DNA of 58,966 nucleotides, counting the filler, from Sluysia triapertura (taxonomy: Eukaryota): the NCBI GenBank assembly GCA_046118255.1. It is 5 parts of 5 records of this genome, joined end to end, with 100 filler letters (N's around TTAATTAATTAA, not from the genome) between each part and the next. Parts side by side here need not be neighbours in the genome. Positions count along the whole stretch, not along the records: positions 11,942 to 24,867 come from JBJNIA010072280.1; positions 24,968 to 35,872 come from JBJNIA010191740.1; 3 more parts are not named here. The stretch is one strand, 5' to 3'. Positions 14,393 to 27,010 of the stretch are shown piece after piece (within the stretch, counting starts at the first letter, position 1; every line of letters begins with the position of its first letter). The notes under the pieces were generated by a model, which was given only the letters and a program-made list of their open reading frames with translations, was not told the origin of the DNA and did not search any database. A program made the translations under genes and the position numbers.

Positions 14393-15227
14393 ATGATTTC
14401 GTTCAATATTATTTCAAATGCTTTTCATAAATTTACTTCTATATTTGCTTCAATAGATTTAAGTGTTTATGTATTTTTTATAACAATACTTTTGGCTTGT
14501 ATTTTAACTTACTATTTAACGTTTCAAAATAATAACCATGTATCTTTGTCATCTTTAGAAAGTGTGCAACAGAAGAAAACTAAAAAATTAAAGCAACCAG
14601 CAAACAAAGTTTGAATTTAGTTAGTTTTAATTTCTTTATTAGAAGTCAAATGCAAGTGAGATTTCATCAAAAAGTGAATCACAAGTATATCGTGAAGAAA
14701 TACCTAGATCATATGTGGTAATTCTTTATATAATTATAATTTTTTAGCTTCTTGAAAATAAATCTGAAGAACCAGTTGATGATGATAATTTATGGGTTCC
14801 TATTAAACCAAAAAAAGCACGTAAATCAAAATTTGAAAATTTAAGATTGGTTAAAAGTGAGGACGATAAACCCAAATGCGAAACTGGAATTGGTAACACA
14901 AATGTTCATAGTTATATATTGACTAATAAGACAAATGTTTCATCATCAGATCAGAATATTGAAAAAACTATATCGATGCCATTAAATGTCGATTCATTCA
15001 CGACTTCAGATGGATTTGAAATTATTGATTTAAACACTTTTGCAATTCATTTTTCTTTAAATAGGATACCTTTATTTCCCCTACTATCAGATACAGAAAT
15101 AAATGATGAAGAAGATCAAAGTAAAATTATTGAAATACAAAGTAAAGATGCTGAAATGCAAAGTAAAGATACTGAAACGCAAAGTAAACCAATTTTAATT
15201 TTGTTTTACGTTCTTCAATCAATATGA
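14393..15227 (+). CDS. Putative spliced orphan gene (or young pseudogene): hydrophobic N-terminal segment plus S/E/K-rich tail
   Basis: Exons 14393-14608, 14643-14717 and 14748-15227 are joined in phase 0 by GT-AG introns of 34 and 30 nt. This fuses two ORF-track ORFs into one frame (...KQPANK|KSNASE...RSYV|LLENKSEEP...). TM-like stretch VYVFFITILLACILTYYLTF. 21-bp repeat (EIQSKDA/EMQSKDT/ETQSK) near the end. The 3' end is uncertain. Confidence 0.6.
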
Positions 15228-15269
15228 ACAAATAAAATTTAGTATTTAATCTGTGCTCTATTATTATTA

Positions 15270-15326
<57 letters not shown>

Positions 15327-15850
15327 TATATATATTATATATATATATTATGTATATTACAAAGTGTTGTAATTAATACAATAAATTATTGTATAGCTGT
15401 GTAAACTTTGACCAAATTTTGCGTATATCTTTTGCAAATATCTTTTGAGTTAATTGTTTAGAGGTATCTAAATTTTTGAAAAGGACTTGCTAATTTTATA
15501 TATCGATTAGTTATATTATTTTGCATGATTTGAATATTTCTGTAAAATTTTGAAGTCTCATTTCTTGAAATTAAATTTAATTTGAAATTAAATGGACATT
15601 TTTTAAATAACATTAACATATTTAATAATTAAGTTTTATTTAACTAAATAATTATTTTAATTTATAATATATTTATATTCTTTGATTTCTTTCTTTTTGA
15701 GTGAGATTATATTGATTTTTGTTACGCACAAGTTATCTGTTAAAATTTATTGATGTTAATTTTGTTATTTGGTTTTTTGGAATTATAATTTCTATGTTGC
15801 CGAGTTACGATAAAACTGATGAAATAGCTACCAGTATTTATAAAACAATG

Positions 15851-15868
15851 TATATATATATATGTATG

Positions 15869-15903
<35 letters not shown>
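15851..15903. repeat. (TA)n / TATG microsatellite
   Basis: Directly visible. Confidence 0.9.
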
Positions 15904-16270
15904 GTTCAAGTGATCATAGAATGTATACATGACTCGGCTTTTCTGTATGCGTGACTATCTTAATTCGAAACCATGACTTTGAATTATCAATCACCAGCGA
16001 ATATTTAAGCACTTGAACAGTGACGTAGGGAAAATAATCAAGACTATTATAACATAAAACATTTGCAAGTATCACAATGCTTAGACTGATTTTTGTTTTT
16101 GTGTATTTGATATTACATACGATTTGTTTTAAATGATTCAGATAATATTTATGTGGATTGTGTTTATAAAATACATGCAACTTTTTGTTGTACTCTGTTT
16201 ACTTTTTTGTTGCTTTTTTATATTTTTGTAGTTTTTATGATCTCGCTGGTAAAGTATTATTATTATTACA

Positions 16271-16324
<54 letters not shown>

Positions 16325-17472
16325 AACAACTGTGTTTGGCTTAAAATTATAATTTTTTTGAAAATTTGCATAAGATTTTTGAATAAAATATTAAAGTCTT
16401 GATTTACTTTCTAAAGTTTATTCAATAAAACTCGATATGTTAAATTTTTTGATGTTTATGAATCTTAATTAAGATAAAATTATATTAATTAACGATAATA
16501 ATAATTAACGATATATTTAAGTAATATTTGTACTTAAAACAATTTGACTGCATGTCAAATATCAAGAACAACTACATTTCTTAATTAAGCTTTTATGTGT
16601 AAACAATAAACTAGAACATTGACACTAATAATAAGATTAAATTAATTAATTATAATTATACTTTTAGTGTTAAGATTATTCAAATGAAAATAATCTGTTA
16701 AAACATGTGCAATTCGTAATTAAAGTAGGTTAATATTCTCCATCTTCATTAAGAATCCGAACAAATTTTATTTCGTCTGAATCTGTGCGATTTATTCTCA
16801 AATAAACAAGTAGATAAATCTTTTATTTGATGGATGGTTTTTGTGTTATGAAATAGTTATGTGGTTGAAATTGTTAAAATGTACTTTGAAATTGTATATA
16901 TATAAATCATGTAATAAATACGTAAGGATAAATCAGAGGCATATAATTACTAGGTTAATTTAAAGTATCCGTCCATTAGAGCAATGAGTATAAGTGGTGT
17001 TTGTGAGGTTTAATATTAACCATCATTTGCTAAATAGCTTTGCAGTTGAATAAACAAAAACCGAAATAATTACATTTATTTAATCACTTAAAACCAGTTA
17101 TTAAATGAAACGCTAAACAAATCAAATAATTCATTATGAATTAAAATCGTAATTATTTATACTAATATTACAATTAGGGCCAATAACCCAACATAAATTA
17201 ATGATAAATTAATGGCATTAGTATTATCATAAAATCATAATATTACCAGGTCACAACCACCAGTGATCAAAAAATTAAATTTTTAATTCTAAGTTGAAAA
17301 GTTTAATGGTTAGAGTATAATATCGCTGAAAATATGATACCCATTTGCATACATACATAAGTAGAGGCATTTGCATATATTTACTAATTTTGAAATTTAC
17401 TAAGTTTGAATTTTATATATTTAATAATATTACGAATATTTTTAAGTATATTTAGGTTGTTGGACCACTACA

Positions 17473-17980
17473 TCAGCCTCCATTTTAGAGGCGAAGCGCA
17501 AAGGGTAGAACAAATATTTTTTTTGTTGAAATCCATGATGATTGTCTTTTTATGAATGGAATTTTTCTTGTGTGTTCATGGTTTACTAATATTGTCGCTG
17601 GTTTAAGTTTGTATCGGTTTATGGTTATATGTTGTCCATCTATTAAATTGACCGCAATGTGATTATCCACATTAAATTTTGCCATTTTGTAAGGTCCTCA
17701 GTAGCAAGATTTTTGGGCATGTTAAAACGTGATGAGTTATTGTGAAGTGTTTAGTTCAGTAAAATATTTTATTCACTTTGGTGAGAATGCATGTTATTTC
17801 AGGAATCCAGTATTAGTTCCACTGACTATTTTTGAGGGTGAATATCCTCTGAAGTATGAGGGATACTCCGCCAGCTAAGAGGAATTAACATTAAGGAGAC
17901 TTTTAATATTCGATGAAACCTTAAGAATAGGATGATATGCCATTGTTCTGACTCTAGAGCTTCCAAATAGTTTGCATTTA
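17473..17980 (-). pseudogene. Ty3/gypsy integrase C-terminal relic with polypurine tract
   Basis: Minus-strand frames give KCKLFGSSRVRTMAYHP (TTAYHP motif), GYSPSKIVSG, Y*GPYK (GPY/F motif) and TINRYKLKPA (cf. IDRLKP). These are followed by AAAATGGAGGCTGA and the LTR-like start TGTAGTGG at 17472. Confidence 0.8.
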
Positions 17981-19667
17981 ATTGAAATATTAAGTATATT
18001 TATCAGTATTTATTTCAACATTAATATTGGTTGTGATAATTTTATAATTTATTAAAGTCTTATATTTTCCTATTAAAATTTTTATTGTTTTTATGAAATT
18101 TAAATCACAGGCAAGAAATAAAAGCCTAAGTGTTTGTATAGTTAAAGTATAACACTAAAGTATTAAATATATTATTTGTTCTTTTGTGTCAAGTTAAAGA
18201 CAATTTAAATTGAATTTGTAGGTACTGTTGTGTTTATCCGTTTACTAATATCCTTCTTTAATAACTAAAAAATCAATAAAACTAAACTTGATATATTCTT
18301 ATAAAACAGTTATACAGATCAAATCTTTATATGACAAATATAATTCTATAAATCAACTTCTTTATATTACAATTATTGTTATATAAATCAAACCTTTTAT
18401 ATTGTTAAAACACATTTTTAAATCAGATTCTTTAATAAATTATTGTCTAAATCTTTAAAAAGCACAACATAAATGTAGTTTGGGTTGTTACAACAAAGTG
18501 ATTAGAAAATTCTATTGGAATATTGGAAAATTAAATTAAAGTTGATGAGAACCACAGCAGGAAATAGGTGTAGCATGATGTAACATGTCTGGTGTCATTT
18601 AAAAGTTTTCTAGGAATAACGGATACAGCTACTTCCTCATTGAGAAACAGTTTAGAGTCATATTATTAATCGATTTTATAAAATAATAACTAAGGAACCT
18701 ATCAGCTTAAAAGGCGACAAAAATTTTAATTGAAATTTAGATTTAATTTGAGTTTGATTAAACTCATTAACTATCTGTTCCTGGTATTACTGAGGTTTAA
18801 TTACTGTTAATTTTGTAATCTTATTTAAATAGGATTCAAAAAGGGATTTTATTACTGTATTTAAACCGGCGTGAAAACTATTTATAAAAAGAACTTGTTT
18901 TAAGAAGTTTAAGTTACGTAAATTAACTTTTACATTATAATCAATTTAAAAGGATTTGTAAAGATAACGCAACTAATTTTAATAATTTCTGGGAGATATT
19001 ATTAAAACTCAATATTATGCACGAATCATATATATAAAATACATATAAATAAGGTCAACCAATGAATTTGATAATTTAAGGAACATTTTAAATTAACGAT
19101 TAAATATTTGTCAATGATTTAATCCATCTTTAAGGTCTTTTCATAATTTACAAAAGATGTTTCATTATATTTTAAATCTCAATTAAAATAAGATAACTTA
19201 CATTAAATGTAATTAAAGTCTTGCTCAATACAAAAATCATTAATTAAAAACTTTCGTTATAAATTATTCGCAAATATCTTATTATTATTTGTTAGTGCTT
19301 GTCGGGGATTCAGAATCTAATTGTACTAAATACAGTTTAAAACTTAGAGGAAAATTAAATTGTATAAATTGGAAAGTCAATTAAAATTTATCAACAAGGA
19401 TTGAAGTTCAGATTTCTGTTTCGTTGGTCTTTTATGAATTAATTGTGTGATTTAAAATTAACTCGATAATATTTTTTTAAAGAATTCGTGAATTAATGCA
19501 CATAAGCAATTATTTAAATATTACTGTGTACTCGTATTAAAATTGAGTACGTAAGTAATCTTAATGATATTCATTTAATTGGTGAATAAAAGAATGAATA
19601 CAGACACACTTTCTGTATTGAATTTTCAATTGAGTACTAAGTATTCATTATTTTGATCAAAATTAAA

Positions 19668-19720
<53 letters not shown>

Positions 19721-19899
19721 TATTATTATGTTAATATTACTGAAATTTTTAATATTATTTTTATTATATTATTAAAGTTATTATTATTGTATGATATTAT
19801 TATATTATAATATTTATTATTATTTGTTTATTATAAGTATTATTACATTTACAATTTATTATTATTATTATTAAATTATTATTATTATTATTTCAAGAC

Positions 19900-20130
19900 T
19901 GTGGTGGTTTAGCCGATCACTAAGTGCACTTTACATAAATCAGCTACACAAAAACCATATCACAAAAAATACATTACCACATGTCTCCCATAACATTGCA
20001 GTATTCACCACACTTTCACCATTACATTTCAGTTATAGCTTTAAGATCATAGACTATAAACTTATAATTATCTCCAAGTTGTACGGTAAAGATATCCCCA
20101 TGGTCATCCCATCATCATTATAGTACTACA
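19900..20130 (+). mobile_element. Putative solo LTR (family D), TGTGGT...ACTACA
   Basis: Inverted TG...CA termini. Start resembles 17472(-), 28710(-), 39640(-), 46903(-) and 50840(-). No target-site duplication seen. Confidence 0.45.
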
Positions 20131-20401
20131 TATTTTTCATATGTTCTAATTTTATAATTTTACATTTTAATATATTTATGTTTTAATATTTTATGTTAAT
20201 ATTGTACTTTGTTTTAACCTATAAAAGTTGGTCAAAACATTGATCTTATTACTAAAAATATTTTTTCAAAATTTTTTAAAATGAATAACAATGAATGAAC
20301 CGATTTAAAATTTCAAAATGTTGAAGCACACGAAGTAGCAGTTCAAAATTAGAGTATTGTATCGATGTATCAATTTGGATATCATAGTGGACGTATGTTT
20401 C

Positions 20402-20712
20402 ATCGAGATTATTAGTTTGGATATTGATGATTTTATGAAGTTTCTAATGTTTCTTTTCACAAGATCGCATATTGGTTTAGACCAAGATATGGCAATAAAA
20501 CCACTAAATAAAATCGAGACTATTAATTTTTGTTTACATAAGATCGCCCACTGGTTCAGACCCAGATACGGTGATGCAACGACTGTTTAAAATCAAGTTT
20601 ATTAGTTTAGATATTGTAGATTATATAAATTTCATAATTGTTGTTGACACGAAATCACCTACTGATCCAGATCCAGATGCGGTGATGAACCTGCTATTTG
20701 AAATTGAAATTA
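20402..20712. repeat. Degenerate 111-bp tandem repeat (three units, middle unit with a 32-bp deletion)
   Basis: Units start at 20402, 20513, 20592 and 20703 (ATCGAGATTATTAG / ATCGAGACTATTAA / ATCAAGTTTATTAG / ATTGAAATTAT). Confidence 0.8.
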
Positions 20713-20790
20713 TGTTATATATGTGGGGTAAAAGGCCTAAAAAGTGCCAAGTAGTATAATTGAATATATTAAAAAATGAAATTGTTAGAT

Positions 20791-20863
20791 GGGACACTCT
20801 AGCTCAGTGGTAGAGCATCGACTGCGCAGACGATGGTCCCGGGTTCGATCCCCGGTCAGTCAA
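20791..20863 (+). tRNA. tRNA-Ala-derived pseudo-tRNA / Pol III unit, copy 2
   Basis: GGGACACTCTAGCTCAGTGGTAGAGCATCGACTGCGCAGACGATGGTCCCGGGTTCGATCCCCGGTCAGTCAA then TTTT. Perfect D and T arms, broken acceptor stem, non-canonical anticodon loop. Confidence 0.8.
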
Positions 20864-20999
20864 TTTTACGAAATCTAACATATACATGTACGAGGAAATA
20901 TTGTTTGAGTCTTTTTACTATAATGAATATTTTAAATATTGCAAAACTTGTTAACTAAGATTATTTGTCTTCTTTTAAAATCACTTTATACATCGTAAA

Positions 21000-21330
21000 A
21001 TGTTCCTTGTACGAGAGAATGCAGGAATCTTCATTTTCACGCACCAAGACCTACATTGTAAAAGAAGGACCACACCGACGCATAAATTGAGACAATAATT
21101 TTATTGCACTAATGACATGGTCTATTATATCAACCATAGAGATTATGTTACGTTGGTCTACAGTTCGAATATACAGTACTATGCATACCTTCGCAACTCC
21201 ACGCGAAGTTTTAGTGTCTTCCCACGTTTATGTCGTTCTGATGATTTGTTGTTTTAAGCTTAGGCTTTTTGGAAAATCGTTCATTCTGAGAAATGCAAGT
21301 AGAAAACGTACATTTTTCGTGGCAAATATT
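21000..21330 (+). pseudogene. Heavily degraded Ty3/gypsy pol (RNase H-integrase junction)
   Basis: Across frameshifts, in the expected order: YERMQE..F (cf. W..LQE..F), RP...HTDA (cf. RPG.N..ADALS), HGLLY, LCIPSQL/REVLVSSH (integrase Zn-binding region). GC is locally higher. Confidence 0.45.
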
Positions 21331-21477
21331 AACGTTAGTAAACTTATCGTAATAACTGAAACTTCCATTTTGTTTACTTCAAAAGTGGCACATGAACAAT
21401 GTTATTTTACACCTTCTTTTTATGTGTTTGAGATTAATAAAAAGTCTATAATTTTTGCAATTATGATATTAGTACTG

Positions 21478-21519
<42 letters not shown>

Positions 21520-24500
21520 TAAAAACATTTTTCTCCTATAATATTTTATAATCTAATAAAAATGATTTAATAAAATATAATAACTATATTAACAATAATA
21601 GTAATAATTTTAGTAGGCTTTATAACTTAGATTTTAATTGCTAAATAAATAGTACTTTGAACTCAGTACAATGTAAAAATAAATAAAGAGTTCATATGTA
21701 CTTATACATTGATTGGTTGATTACGGTGGTACTCATGAATTTTTCTGATGCATAAATTGCGTTTATGTGCATTATGATACAACAAAAATATATCACAATT
21801 TTTTTACAATTTTATTTATATTATCAATCAATTTATTATTTAAAAGTTATTATGTGTGATTTGAAACTTGTAGCAATTATTTTCTAGTAAAATATCATTG
21901 CACACTTTTGTAAGGTTCATTATTTTTTCAATTTTAAAACTTTCTTATTATCATTCTTTTGTCTAGGAATCTTTATTCAACAACAAACTGGTCGATCAAA
22001 ATTATAATTGAAAAAATCATTTATCAATACGTTGGTTTTTTTATTATAGGTTTCATTTGTAATGATAAAATAAAAAGTTTCTTCTCCGAAGTACATTTAA
22101 TTATTAATAAAATTTTATTTTTCATGCCATGAAAATTATGTACCTAATACATTATCATAATTATGCTAAAGGAATGACTTCATCCAATACAGTTAAAGTA
22201 CCTTTAAAATTAACTCAATTCATTCAGCTTAACAGCATTTCATTCTTAAAACATATTTTCAAACAATCTATCAAAACATTCAAACTCATTAATTAAACTG
22301 ATTATGTTCCAAAAATGGTGCCACGTATATTCTAAATTATTACTTGTTGCAAATGTTCAAGTAGTAATTTGATTGTAAATAAATAAGTAACATTATCCTT
22401 AACAATAAATTAATTTAAAAATAAATAATTTAAGTCTGATACTTTTATTTCTTTTATCATCATTTTTTCAAATACAAAATTGAAGAATTTTTTTAGACTT
22501 AATTTAGTTTTTGTTTCAATAAGGGACTGAAAGAAAATTTAAACTTATTTGTACTTCTATCTCATATATCAGAGATAAGTTAGAACTACGATTTTACAGG
22601 TATAGATTGTTTGTATTAAGGTTTTAAATCGATTATTAAAGTATTATGACAGTTTTGAATATAGTTAAACTAGAATAATTCGAAGAGAATTTAAAAGTAA
22701 AGTGCTATAAAGTTTAACGTCTTTTATTTGCGAATAACTTTAAAGTGAGTAAGAGTTGTTAATCATTAATAAAGTGTAAGTTTAAAGGTTATGAGTCTAA
22801 TTTATATTCCGAATAAAAAGAAAAGTTTTTCATTACAAATTAATTTTTAAAGTTTAAGTTTTTATTTAAGTTTTAAGGTTAGTGTAAAAATTTCGTTAAC
22901 ACATAAACCAAAACAAAGAATGTATTACCAGCAATGAAGTGAAGATGAATCTGATTAAAATTTTTATAACAATATCACCAAAATGTACGATTTTTTTAAA
23001 TTAAAGAAAAAATGTACAATAAAAATGCTTAAAAAATAAAAATTGTAATGATTTTCTATGCTGAATAAATTTAATAAGTAACATGAAAAAACAAGAACAC
23101 TATCAAAAATGAAATAAAAAACTTAACTTGCTTTTTATTTAAATTTTAAAAAGAACATTCCAAAGTATAAAATTCTTTTATTCATTTCAGTATTTTTGTA
23201 ATTTTATTTTGCAATTATCTTGAATAAAGATTAACTTCTTTTGAATCAATAACTTCAAAATTTGTTTAAAAAGGCATCTTCAAAACTAGTAGTTTGCGAG
23301 CCAAATAAATTATTACAATCGTATTTCTATTTTAAAAACACATAAAAAATGTTAACTTGTATTATTCTAAATTTTTTAAATTATCCCAAATTGAAATAAG
23401 CTTTATAAATCAAAACAAAATTTTGATTATTGTTAAACAAGGCGTTGATAAAATAATAATAAAGTAATGGAATATTTTATTTTATAAAAATAATTAATAT
23501 TTTTTAGATTTTAAACTTAATTTTTTAAGCATACATAAATTTCTAACATCTTTAATGATAAATCATGAAATCTCGTTAGAATATCAAAGGTTTATTAAGA
23601 CTAAATATGTAATCTTTGATAAATATGGGCGTGTCTAAAAGTGTTCATTTATTCCTATTGGTTAATTACTTGTAGTTAGACTTTTATATTAACACACCTT
23701 AGCACTATTAAAATTAAAGAAATTTGATTAATGTAATAATACACCCTTACACACCAGCTGCATTACTTAGAAGTCGGTTGGTGAATCTGGATTTCTTCAG
23801 CTTCGAAATCATCTTTCAAAGCAACTTATATCTCATTCCTTTGAAGAAGCATCTAAAAAACGATATTTTGAATATAATTTTAGTCCAAAGTTGTAATAGT
23901 ATGTTGATCAAAATGAATTGGACATTGAAAAATAAATTAGTATCTATCAGTTTAAAATCTTTAATTTCGTTTACTTATTGAGCTGCAAAAGTTGTACATT
24001 ACCATATTTGCATAATATGATGTGAAGTTGAATTAATCCTTATTTCTCAATTGTTTCCCGAGTAATAAAATTAATATATGAATGCAATATGTACAAGATT
24101 TCTTTATTCATTTAAATCAATCTTTTGATTAAAAATGTATTTATATCTAACTGATAATAATATATTAATTTATTAATTTATATATTAATTTTATCTGTTA
24201 TAAAATGATTACTCAAAAGCGCTTAATGTACATCGTTCATTATATTTTTCTGAAATAGAGAGAACTTTGAAACATAAACGATATACAACCTATCACCTAT
24301 CTTATTATCACCATGAATTCTGTATAAATTTTCATACCTTAAAGATATATTCATTATAGTTTATAAATTTTTTATTATTCCAAATATTTATAATTACTTA
24401 ACGCAATAATTTATAGATTAATATTATGATTTCGAATTTTATTGGTAACCATTTTAAGATAAGGACTTTTAAGAAATTTTTAACTGAATAATTATTTTTC

Positions 24501-26344
24501 CTAATATAATTTTCACATTTATGTAGGGGATGTGTGCAATTATTATTCAATGAAAGAACAATTAGTTTTGCGGAATCATTATTAATAAATTTATAATATT
24601 TGATATTTTCTTTACTTGGAATTCGCACATTTTAACGAAACAATAGTAATTTCTACCACATTCATTTTTTAATCCATATAACAACATACATTCCGTACTT
24701 TTAGCTACAATTAACTTTGTTTCATTTATTTTATATTTATAATTGTTTTTATTACTGAAATTATGAATACTAACTTTTCATTGATTTTCAAACATTTTAT
24801 GAATTCAATAATTACTTTCACTTTTTCTGAACAGTATTTTCTACATTAGTGGTTTAAAATTCAATATNNNNNNNNNNNNNNNNNNNNNNNNNNNNNNNNN
24901 NNNNNNNNNNNTTAATTAATTAANNNNNNNNNNNNNNNNNNNNNNNNNNNNNNNNNNNNNNNNNNNNATTGGTGTTTTATTTTTATTTGTTCAATCTTAC
25001 CTTGTTATCTGATTTTTGCCTTTTGGTGTTCACTAAAGAAATTTTAAAAAATAATTTTTTAATTGAATTTTATGGTTATAAGTAAAAATTTCAAATTATA
25101 GCATTATTATTGTATGATGTTGTTCAGATTATTTAGCATCTAATTGTTTACCAGATGCTGCAAAGTTTATGGAATCACTATAACCCCTGAAAGAAGTTGA
25201 AGAAACTAAAATATCAGGAAAAATTAGTTTACCGGGACTTGTGTCATTACGAATACTTTGTCTAATAAAAATAGAATTACTAAGTTAGAACCTTTTTAGA
25301 TGACTTACGACGGAATACACCGAATTGGGATATGCTTACTTTAGTGGGATATTTCCAATCCCACGTTTAATTGCAAGTAGAAAGAAAAGATATTACTAAG
25401 CTAGTAACGGAATCACATCGTATGGACTGTTCTAATTAAAGGGTCTTCGATGGTGGATGATGCAGTTTGTGTCGTCGAGTATATTGACTACGTGAAGGTT
25501 AATAATACTTCTTCTTATAAATACTTCTTCTTCGTTAATAATAGTACCCTGATTGTGCTTTTGGGTTTTTTATTAAACAATATTACTCCAACGATTTGTT
25601 AGACATTTTGTTAGACCTTTGCATCTATTATGTTTCTATTGTTAATGGAATAAAATTTTGTTTATGTTATTTATATTTTAAATTAAAATTCAAGAAACGT
25701 TTTAAATGTGATACTAATTATATTCTAAGACCCTACATAGCATGAAGGCCACATATATGGGAACAACCTTCATTAAGACTATTATTTTTATTATTAAATT
25801 ATTAATAAAACAAAAAGTATTTCATTTATTTTTATTTGAAAATTATTTATTTGTCACTACTGACTTTTAAAAGTAGATTCAAATTAACTATTATTATGAA
25901 TGAATAATTTTAGTATTCTATCAATTAACTATTATCATTATAATTATCATTATTATTTCACAAAAAAAAGCAAAAACGATTAAATTTTGAAACTAAAGTA
26001 AAGCAACATTTTCTTCTTTTCGTTTATCATTCCCATTCATATTTTATAATATTTTAATCTGCAATTAAAAAATATTTTTTTTCTTTTTGTGCCATTTATC
26101 ATCAAACGATGGTTTATCTTTTAGTTCGATCGAATTAAAAATTCTTTAATTTTATTGTAAATATTATTATTGTTATAGTGATTATTTTTATTATTATTAT
26201 TGATTATTTATTGCTTATTTATAATCTTTAGAAAATTATATTATTATTATTATTATTATAATCTGCTTCTGTGTTTTAAAAATTAAAATAATAGATGCAT
26301 TATAAAATATGAATATCGTGGTGGCCAAATTATTAGACTAAAAC

Positions 26345-26583
26345 AGGGACAATATGTTTGCTGGCCTAGAAACTCTTCAGATACGAATCCCATAGAAAAT
26401 CTGTGGGGGATTGTCAAAAGGACAGCTTCTACCCATAAACCAACCACCAGGACGAACTTATTGAAACCCTGATAAAAGTATAGCATCACCATGACGAGAT
26501 CAAAGACTTGTGTCCCAAGTTCATCCGTGGCATGCCTTTAAGGATCAGGAAATTATTGGATAACAAAGGAGGACATTTGGTAA
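26345..26583 (+). pseudogene. Tc1-family transposase C-terminal fragment
   Basis: WPRNSSDTNPIENLWGIVKR (WPxxSPDLNPIENxW motif), then V*HHHDEIKDLCPKFIRGMPLRIRKLLDNKGGH (typical MP.R....KGG terminus). Confidence 0.9.
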
Positions 26584-26859
26584 TATTATATCTTTAAAAT
26601 ATGATACTATTACTTATGTAGACTTTATAAAATTTTATTAGAAAATTAGATATATTATAAAAATCACCATAATAACGAAAATTATTAAAAATTTATTACT
26701 AAAGTTTATAAAAAGAACACAAAGTCTTTTTCTTTTTTTATTTCTTGAACATCTTATTTGACTCACTTGAGAACATTCTATAAATAAAATTATGATCAAA
26801 ATAAAAATCAAGAATCAAATAAGGTTTTGAAAAAACAAAATTTTCTTTACGTAAGTTCT

Positions 26860-27010
26860 AGATAAGAGAATAGGATGGCAATGATGGTTCTTTTTTAAGC
26901 TTTGCCGAGACTGGTACTATCTCGTTTGGTCCATGTGCATAAGGGTAATGATCTGCATATTTGACACAATGATCCGAAAAGGCAGTTTTAAGATCTAACT
27001 TGATATATGG
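26860..27010 (-). pseudogene. Possible non-LTR reverse transcriptase fragment
   Basis: Minus strand YIKLDLKTAFS (cf. LDLxxAFD), with degenerate LKK...ILFS downstream (cf. GLKQG.PLSP.LF). Short and weak. Confidence 0.3.

Noticed and set aside
20402-20712. TAA/TAG-to-Gln reassigned genetic code, suggested by conserved in-frame stops
   Set aside because: The spliced gene at 14393-15227 and the RRM exon use CAA/CAG with no internal TAR. TAG stops in the Tc relics fall at Trp positions (TGG to TAG), which fits ordinary decay.
20791-20863. Functional tRNA-Arg(GCG) or tRNA-Cys
   Set aside because: Acceptor stems are broken and the loop geometry is wrong in both copies. D/T arms and U70/A73 fit an Ala origin better.
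23745-23850. Exon-like minus-strand piece ending in a CSWC prenylation-like motif
   Set aside because: In-frame stops and no upstream GTPase motifs.
25140-25500. GC-richer stretch possibly encoding a LINE RT C-terminus on the minus strand
   Set aside because: Only a vague TRRHKL...W resemblance; too weak to call without a profile search.
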